A stretch of 64,000 nucleotides of DNA from a virus. The number at the start of each line of letters is the position of its first letter. Within the stretch, counting starts at the first letter, position 1. This document shows, piece after piece, positions 57,249-64,000 of the stretch. The translations under genes were made by a program, and so were the position numbers. Location: positions 2,843 to 66,842 of the IMG/VR virus record IMGVR_UViG_3300046492_000366. One strand, written 5' to 3'. The notes beneath the pieces are model-generated. The model had not been told where the DNA came from, made no database searches, and saw only the letters and a program-made list of their open reading frames with translations.

Positions 57249-58406
57249 ATGGATAGCACTCAGGGCGTTTATCCATCAGCGACCGTTCTGGTGGTCGACG
57301 ACACCCCCGACAACCTGATGTTGATCGCTGAGTTGCTGAAGGACAAATATCGGGTCAAGGCCGCCAACAGTGGCGAGAAAGCCTTGCGCCTTCTACAGGC
57401 CGACCCCCTTCCCGACCTGATCCTGCTGGACATCATGATGCCGGGTCTGTCCGGTTATGACGTTGCCGAGCAGCTCAAACTTGATGCCCGCATTCGCCAT
57501 ATACCGATCATTTTCCTGACCTCCATGACCGCCACGGAGGACGAGATTCGCGGCTTGAGCCTCGGTGCTGCGGATTACATCACCAAGCCGATCATCCCCC
57601 CGGTGCTCATGGCCAGGGTCGAGACGCAGATCAAGCTCAAGGCCGTTGCCGATTTCCTGCGCAATCAGAACGATTTTCTGGAGCAGGAAGTGCAACGGCG
57701 TACCCGCGAGGTGATCGCCATCCAGGATGTCACGATCCACGCGATGGCCTCGCTGGCTGAAACCCGTGACAACGAAACCGGCAACCACATTCGCCGCACC
57801 CAGCACTACATCAAACGGCTGGCTGAACTGTTGCGCAATCACCCGCGCTTCCGGCACTTCCTTGACGACGAGACCATCAAGCTGCTCTTCAAATCGGCAC
57901 CGCTGCACGATATCGGCAAGATTGGCATTCCCGATCGTATCCTGCTCAAACCGGGACGGCTGACCCCGGAAGAATTCGAGGTCATGAAGACCCACACCAC
58001 GTTGGGGCGCGACGCCATCCAGCACGCGGAGGATCAATTAGGCATAAACGTCGACTTCCTTCATTTGGCCAAGGAAATTGCCTACGGCCATCAGGAAAAG
58101 TGGGATGGCAGTGGCTATCCGCAAGGCGTGGCCACCGACGACATCCCGATCAGCGCGAGGTTGATGGCCGTGGCAGATGTCTACGATGCGCTGATCAGCC
58201 GCCGCGTGTACAAGCCCGGCATGCCCCATGAGCAGGCAGTGAAAATCATCCGCGAAGGCCGGGGCTCGCATTTTGATCCGGACATCTGTGACGTGTTTCT
58301 CGCCAATGCCGAGCAGTTTCGCGCAATTGCCGAGCAATTCGCCGACAGCGACCAAGACATGGCCAAGCAGTTAGCCCTGCTTGAGCAGATTGCCGACCGG
58401 CCCTGA
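57249..58406 (+). CDS. Response regulator with HD-GYP c-di-GMP phosphodiesterase domain
   Basis: REC (LVVDD, LLDIMMP), LHDIGKIG, HQEKWDGSGYP. Confidence 0.93.
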   Translation: MDSTQGVYPSATVLVVDDTPDNLMLIAELLKDKYRVKAANSGEKALRLLQADPLPDLILLDIMMPGLSGYDVAEQLKLDARIRHIPIIFLTSMTATEDEIRGLSLGAADYITKPIIPPVLMARVETQIKLKAVADFLRNQNDFLEQEVQRRTREVIAIQDVTIHAMASLAETRDNETGNHIRRTQHYIKRLAELLRNHPRFRHFLDDETIKLLFKSAPLHDIGKIGIPDRILLKPGRLTPEEFEVMKTHTTLGRDAIQHAEDQLGINVDFLHLAKEIAYGHQEKWDGSGYPQGVATDDIPISARLMAVADVYDALISRRVYKPGMPHEQAVKIIREGRGSHFDPDICDVFLANAEQFRAIAEQFADSDQDMAKQLALLEQIADRP

Positions 58407-58449
58407 GCCCCGCGCATCCGTTTGCACATCCCGTTGAAAGAGGCCGTTT

Positions 58450-61400
58450 ATGAACAGACTGTTCGAGATGCTCGAGCGCCTGTCTCTGCGCAGTAAATTG
58501 ATCATCGGCTTCGCTGCGCTGCTGATATTGATCCTGATATTGGGCGTGCAAAGCCTGCGCACCCAGTATTCGCTCAAAAATGAAATGCAGCAGTTGTACC
58601 AACAGGATCTGGTGGGTATCCAGCATGTGCAGGAAGTTCGGGTGCAGTTGCCGCATCTGTTGCTCGCCATGCAACGTGCAATCGCAACCAACAACGCGGA
58701 CATCCGAATCAGCGCCAGAGCCCAGATGGATGCCGCCCAACAGCGACTCCACGAAGCGCTGGAGCAGGTTCGCCCGACACTGCGCCGCCAGAGCAGCATC
58801 AGCAGCCTGGTGGAATTCGAAGTGTTATTACAGCGTCTGCAAAAAGATGGCGATGAAGCACTGGAATTGGCCGGCAAAGGCTCTCTGGGGCAGGCGTTGA
58901 TGTTGCTCAACAGTAAGGACTTTCTTGCGCTGGAACAGGGCGGCGACGGGCTGCTCACCCAAATCGAAAAGAACAAGGAAGCCGACATCCACGATACAGC
59001 GAAGAACCTGGCTGAGTACGCAGAGCGCAGTACTACGATCACGTACATCCTGCTGCTGGGTGGTTCGGCACTGGCCTTGCTGTTGACCTGGCTGGTCAGT
59101 TATTCCATTCGCGTGCCGCTGAACCGCGTACGTGTGGCCGTGGACGAATTGGCGTCGGGCAAGCTCGACGGCCAGATCCCGCACACCGACCTGCGCAACG
59201 AAACCGGCGATCTGGCGCGGGCCATTGCCACGCTGCAGGTGGAGGCTTGTCAGCTTGAGCGCCAGCGCTGGGTGAAAGCTCACGCCTCGCTCCTGCAAGT
59301 CGATCTGCAACAGGCCGAGACGCCGCAACAATTGGCCCAGGCTTTTTTCAGCCGCATCGCGCCCCGTCTGGGCATGTGCCAGGGGGCGCTTTACGTGCTT
59401 TATGAGGGCGCGTCGCGCCTGCAATTAGTCGGCGGTTATGCGGTGGACAGTGAGCACCCGTTGCCCGCCGAGCTTGAACTCGGTGAAGGGTTGCTTGGCC
59501 AGTGCGCGCTGGATCGCCAACCCCGTCAGCTTGAGGATCTGCCCGAATCGTTCTGGCATGTGCGCGCGCAGTTGGGCGCAACTGCCGCCAGCCATTTGCT
59601 GGTGCAGCCGGTGCTGCGTGGCGAACGCCTGCTCGGGGTTATGGAAATGGCCGGTTTTCGCCAACTGGAAGAGAACCAAGCGCTGCTGCTGCAAGAAGTA
59701 TTGCCCAGGCTAGCCGGTGCCATGGCCATTATGGAACGCAGTGAGGCAGCCCAGGCGCTGCTCTTGGAAACTCGCCGTCAGGCAGACGAAATGGGCGCGC
59801 AAGCCTTGCAACTGGAACATCAGGCCAGCGAGCTGGAGGCCCAGCAGGTCGCACTGCGCGCCACCGAGGCCTGGTACCGCGGCATCATCGAGGCGGCACC
59901 CGATGGCATGCTGGTGTTGGGAGCCGACGGTCGCATCCTGATGACCAACCCGCAAATGGACACTTTGTTTGGCTACTCACCGGGCGAGCTGATTGGCGCC
60001 AGCATTGAGCGTCTGGTACCGCAGGCCGCCCGCGAGCGGCATGTCAGGTTGCGCGACGGGTTCATTTCCAGCGGCGGAACCCGGCAGATGGGCGGCGATC
60101 TGGACGATCTGAGCGGCGTGCGCAAAGACGGCAGCCTGTTCTCCGTGGAAATCGGCCTTTCCCACTTGCCCCGTCTGGAGGGTCGTGGCGTCTGCGTGTG
60201 CGCCTCGGTGCGCGATGTCAGTGAGCGCAGGGCAATGGAGGCCAGGTTGCGCACTGCCAGCGATCGCCTGAACCTGGCACAGGAGTCCGGTGACATCGGT
60301 CTGTTCGACGTCGATCTGGTCAGCGGCACAAACTATTGGACTCCCCAACTCGAAACCCTGTTTGGTCTGGAGCCTGGCGGCTTCGGTGGCACGCTGGCGC
60401 ACTGGCAGGCGCTGGTGCATCCCGACGATTTGGCGCGGGTCAGTAGTACATTTGAGAGCGCCGTGCAGAGTGATAATGATCGCGTCGAATTCGACTTTCG
60501 CATCGTGCGCAAAAACGATGGGCAGGTGCGCACCTTCCGCTCGCTCAACCGTTTTTCCCGCACGGCGGACGGCAAGCCTTTGCGCGCAACCGGCATCAAC
60601 ATCGACGTCACGGCACTGGCAGAGGCCAGGGCCACGGCCGAAGAGGCCACTCAGGCCAAGAGCGAGTTTCTCGCCAACATGAGCCATGAGATCCGCACGC
60701 CGATGAACGCCATCATCGGCATGAGCCACTTGGCGCTGCGTACCGAACTGGATAATCGTCAGCGCAACTACATAGAAAAGGTGCACCGCTCGGCGGAGAA
60801 TCTGCTGGGGATCATCAACGACATCCTCGATTTTTCCAAGATCGAGGCCGGCCGGATGAGCCTCGAACAGGTGCCTTTCCGCCTGGAAGACGTGCTCGAC
60901 AGCTTCGCCGCCATGATTGGCCTGAAGACCGAGGACAAGGGTCTGGAGTTGTTGTTCCAGATCCCGCCCGACTTGCCCACAGCCCTGCTCGGCGATCCCC
61001 TGCGGCTGGGGCAAGTACTGATCAACCTCGGCAACAACGCGGCCAAGTTCACCGAACACGGCGACATCGTGGTAGGCGTGGAAGCAATTGGCACGCTCAC
61101 GGACAGCGTGCAGCTGCATTTCTGGGTGCGCGACACCGGCATCGGCATGACTGTCGAGCAATGTTCACGCCTGTTCCAGTCGTTCAGTCAGGCGGACACT
61201 TCGATCACCCGCAAATATGGCGGCACCGGTTTGGGATTGTCTATTTCCAGGAAACTGGTGGAGCTGATGGCCGGCCGAATCTGGGTCGAGAGCGAGCCGG
61301 GAGTCGGCTCCACGTTCCACTTCCAGGTACAACTCGGCGTACAGCAAAATGTTCTGCCACCTCGTATGTTCAAGGCTGGCGAGCTGTCAGGCATGCGTGT

Positions 61401-62829
61401 TCTTGTCGTGGATGACAACGCCAGTGCCCGTGAAATCCTCTCGGGCATGGCGCGCAGCTTTGGCCTGGAAGTGGACGTCGCACAGAGCGGTAGTCTGGCG
61501 CTGCACATGTTGGCCGACGCCGAGCATAAGGTGCTGCCTTACGATCTGGTCTTGATGGACTGGCGCATGCCGGGCATGGATGGCATGGAAGCCGTGAGCA
61601 AAATGCAGTCCGCCAGTCTGATGCGCACCCCATCGGTCATCATGATCACCGCTTTTGGCCGCGAAGAAGCCCGCGAAGAAGCCGAACGCCAGGGCATCCA
61701 GTTACCGGTGGTTCTGACCAAACCCGTCACGCCGTCCTCATTACTCGAAGCCGTCGGTGTAGTGCTGGACAGAGACACGCAAAGCAATACTCGGGCTGGC
61801 GAACGCACCCAAGAGAATGCCAGTACCGTAGCCAGTCTAAATGGCGCCCGGCTGCTCTTGGTCGAAGACAATGAGCTGAATCAGGAACTGGCCAGCGAGC
61901 TGCTGGAAAGTGTAGGCATACGCTTGCGACTCGCCACGCACGGCCAAGAGGCGTTGGATATTCTCGGCGAGGATGGCGACTTCGATGGCGTGTTGATGGA
62001 TTGCCAGATGCCGGTGATGGATGGCTACACGGCCACCCGGAAAATTCGCCAGCAACCGCGCTTCAGCACTCTGCCAGTGATCGCCATGACCGCCAACGCA
62101 ATGGACGGTGACCGCGAGCGCGCGCTCGAATGCGGTATGAACGACCATATCTCCAAGCCACTCAATGTCGAAACCATGTTCGCCACAATGGCAAAATGGA
62201 TCAAGCCACGAGCCGCTCAAGCATCGCTGAGCGCAGGTTTCGCCGATGGCTTGCCAGATCGTCTTGAGGGCATTGACCTGACTGCGGGACTCGCCACCTG
62301 CATGGGGCGGCGGGATCTCTACTTACGTCTGCTCTGCAAGTTTCGCGATACCCAGACAGATTTTGCCAAGCAATTTCAGGCGGCACGGATCGATCCGGAT
62401 CCTGGTGCTGCCGCACGGCTGGCGCACAGTTTGCGCGGCACCGCCGGCAACATCGGCGCCAAGGCAGTGGCGCAGGCCTGTGCTTTGCTGGAACAGGCCT
62501 GTCAGGACGGCGAACCGGCTACGGTAGTGCAAGCGCTAGCGACGCAGGTCGAGCATTGCTTGCTCCCGACCCTGGCGGCCCTGGCTGACCTCAAGGCAGA
62601 CAAATCGGCCGGCACAGGTGATGACTTGCAGAACGACTCGGCAATCAACGAGCAACTGAACAGGCTCGTGGGTCTTCTGGACGAAGGTGACACGGCGGCT
62701 TTGGACGCGCTTGCGGGACTGCGCAACATGCCACTCGCTCGGGCGTTGGCAGAGCGACTGGCACAGGTCGCGGTGCAGGTAGAACTGTTCGACTTTGATC
62801 GCGCCTTGAAGCTTCTGGAGGATAAATGA
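58450..62829 (+). CDS. Hybrid sensor histidine kinase (4HB-HAMP-GAF-PAS-PAS-HisKA-HATPase-REC-REC-Hpt)
   Basis: [21 protein letters not shown], two receiver domains, AHSLRG. Confidence 0.95.
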   Translation: MNRLFEMLERLSLRSKLIIGFAALLILILILGVQSLRTQYSLKNEMQQLYQQDLVGIQHVQEVRVQLPHLLLAMQRAIATNNADIRISARAQMDAAQQRLHEALEQVRPTLRRQSSISSLVEFEVLLQRLQKDGDEALELAGKGSLGQALMLLNSKDFLALEQGGDGLLTQIEKNKEADIHDTAKNLAEYAERSTTITYILLLGGSALALLLTWLVSYSIRVPLNRVRVAVDELASGKLDGQIPHTDLRNETGDLARAIATLQVEACQLERQRWVKAHASLLQVDLQQAETPQQLAQAFFSRIAPRLGMCQGALYVLYEGASRLQLVGGYAVDSEHPLPAELELGEGLLGQCALDRQPRQLEDLPESFWHVRAQLGATAASHLLVQPVLRGERLLGVMEMAGFRQLEENQALLLQEVLPRLAGAMAIMERSEAAQALLLETRRQADEMGAQALQLEHQASELEAQQVALRATEAWYRGIIEAAPDGMLVLGADGRILMTNPQMDTLFGYSPGELIGASIERLVPQAARERHVRLRDGFISSGGTRQMGGDLDDLSGVRKDGSLFSVEIGLSHLPRLEGRGVCVCASVRDVSERRAMEARLRTASDRLNLAQESGDIGLFDVDLVSGTNYWTPQLETLFGLEPGGFGGTLAHWQALVHPDDLARVSSTFESAVQSDNDRVEFDFRIVRKNDGQVRTFRSLNRFSRTADGKPLRATGINIDVTALAEARATAEEATQAKSEFLANMSHEIRTPMNAIIGMSHLALRTELDNRQRNYIEKVHRSAENLLGIINDILDFSKIEAGRMSLEQVPFRLEDVLDSFAAMIGLKTEDKGLELLFQIPPDLPTALLGDPLRLGQVLINLGNNAAKFTEHGDIVVGVEAIGTLTDSVQLHFWVRDTGIGMTVEQCSRLFQSFSQADTSITRKYGGTGLGLSISRKLVELMAGRIWVESEPGVGSTFHFQVQLGVQQNVLPPRMFKAGELSGMRVLVVDDNASAREILSGMARSFGLEVDVAQSGSLALHMLADAEHKVLPYDLVLMDWRMPGMDGMEAVSKMQSASLMRTPSVIMITAFGREEAREEAERQGIQLPVVLTKPVTPSSLLEAVGVVLDRDTQSNTRAGERTQENASTVASLNGARLLLVEDNELNQELASELLESVGIRLRLATHGQEALDILGEDGDFDGVLMDCQMPVMDGYTATRKIRQQPRFSTLPVIAMTANAMDGDRERALECGMNDHISKPLNVETMFATMAKWIKPRAAQASLSAGFADGLPDRLEGIDLTAGLATCMGRRDLYLRLLCKFRDTQTDFAKQFQAARIDPDPGAAARLAHSLRGTAGNIGAKAVAQACALLEQACQDGEPATVVQALATQVEHCLLPTLAALADLKADKSAGTGDDLQNDSAINEQLNRLVGLLDEGDTAALDALAGLRNMPLARALAERLAQVAVQVELFDFDRALKLLEDK

Positions 62830-62883
62830 GATGAGTCACCCTCTCCTGCTCGGTTCATTGGCAGTACTCTGCATCACACCCAA

Positions 62884-62929
62884 AAAAGGGAGACGGATTT
62901 ATTTCAGACAATAAACCCGTCCCCCTTTT
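62884..62929. repeat. Palindromic element / bidirectional terminator
   Basis: AAAAGGGGAGACGGATTTATT...AATAAACCCGTCCCCCTTTT. Confidence 0.6.
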
Positions 62930-62997
62930 GCGCGTTTTTTTCGTGGCTGGGGACCTTGCTCCCTGGCCACTTATTCCGAATCAACCAGGCACAAAAC

Positions 62998-63363
62998 CTA
63001 GGCCGGCTGCTTCAACTCGACGTTATCCAACGCCTTGTTCACCGCCAACTCCCCCAGCATCACCACCTGCGCAATCCCCAACAACGTATTGCGGTTCGGC
63101 CCTTCCAGCATCCCGGCAAAATCACCGAGCATCACCGTCGCCGAGGCCAAAGACTCACAGGCATTGACCAACAACGTTTCAGTGTCGGATTGCGGGTTAA
63201 CCATGAACAAAGTGCTGGGGCTGTACGGCGTCGCCATGATCTTCTCAGGCGCAAGATAATGATCGAGCGCCCGCTCTGCCGCAGCATTAAGCTTCTTCGA
63301 ATCGAATGATTCATACGGTGACGCCGGATCTGTCACCGGCGGACTGTTAGTGGTTTCGGACAT
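62998..63363 (-). CDS. DUF6124-like Pseudomonas protein
   Basis: AAERALDHYL, ETLLVNACESLASA. Confidence 0.8.
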   Translation of the reverse strand: MSETTNSPPVTDPASPYESFDSKKLNAAAERALDHYLAPEKIMATPYSPSTLFMVNPQSDTETLLVNACESLASATVMLGDFAGMLEGPNRNTLLGIAQVVMLGELAVNKALDNVELKQPA

Positions 63364-63423
63364 CAACTGAAACTCCAGCAAGCACCTATCAAGGCACTCC
63401 AAAAGAAATATGAATCCCCACCA

Positions 63424-63514
63424 TGTAGGAGCTGCCGCAGGCTGCGATCCCTTGATCTGCTCTTCAACAATCAAAATCAAAATCAACAGATCGCAGCCTA
63501 CGGCAGCTCCTACA
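63424..63514. repeat. REP doublet (REPIN)
   Basis: TGTAGGAGCTGCCGCAGGCTGCGATC...GATCGCAGCCTACGGCAGCTCCTACA. Confidence 0.85.
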
Positions 63515-63550
63515 CAGAGTTTCGCGGCCTAGCCGTCAATGACGCAGCGC

Positions 63551-63890
63551 TTAGTTCGGCAAGCGGCGGCCATCCAGAACTCGATTCACCATCAACTCAC
63601 TCAGCATGATCACCTGATGCAGCATCAGCATGGTTCGGCGTTGTGAGTTGTCGACGACATCGCTCATGTCACGTGCCATGTCACTGGCGGCGGCCAACGA
63701 CTCGCAGGCTTCGAGGAGTAGGGTTTCTTCGTCCACGGCGGGATCAATAAGAAAGATCTTGCTGGTTTTGCGGGATGGGATTGAGAGCTTCAGTGAGCCG
63801 GGGTTGAGGTAGAAATTGATGGCGCGGTCGGTCGCCTCTCGTATCTTTTGAGGTTCGAGCGTTGGGTCGTACGTGAATCGCCCCGGATTC
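63551..63890 (-). pseudogene. Frameshifted DUF6124-like paralog
   Basis: EATDRAINFYLNP and DEETLLLEACESLA are in different frames, break near 63800. Confidence 0.6.
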
Positions 63891-64000
63891 TCTAGACACC
63901 TTGCAAGCTCATTGCGTAACTTTTTTCAAACTCTACCGGTGACAGCTGATTGTTGAAACCATGGCGACGCTTCGAGTTGTAAAACATCTCGATGTAATCG

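Noticed and set aside
57249-62829. Novel signalling system
   Set aside because: HD-GYP response regulator plus hybrid kinase is a common architecture

Overview
Positions 1-~53380 are most of a lambdoid (siphovirus-type) prophage in a Pseudomonas-like host. Its left end lies outside the window. Its right end is an integrase followed by a 3' fragment of tRNA-Ser(TGA), the att core. On the minus strand the order is cro, cII-like, replication O/P, ninB/ninG, Q, holins, terminase, head, tail, tail fibre, SleB-type endolysin, Rz/Rz1. On the plus strand are cI and the early-left operon (recombinase, Gp157, C5 methyltransferase, xis, int). The phage carries about 15 accessory (moron) genes. The strongest candidate for a new system is a two-gene cassette directly behind cI, in the position lambda uses for rexAB: an ABC-ATPase/TOPRIM (OLD-like) protein plus a Dam-family adenine methyltransferase. 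Other notable items are a putAbiC-like gene, a five-gene moron cluster with a 21-bp direct repeat in the tail operon, a boxA-led structured RNA leader at pL, and three copies of a CGCGACAC-N20-GTGTCGCG element. Right of att are debris of an older prophage and host genes: a TonB-dependent receptor, an HD-GYP response regulator, a hybrid histidine kinase, DUF6124-like genes and REP elements. All family assignments are from motif recognition and synteny; no searches were run.
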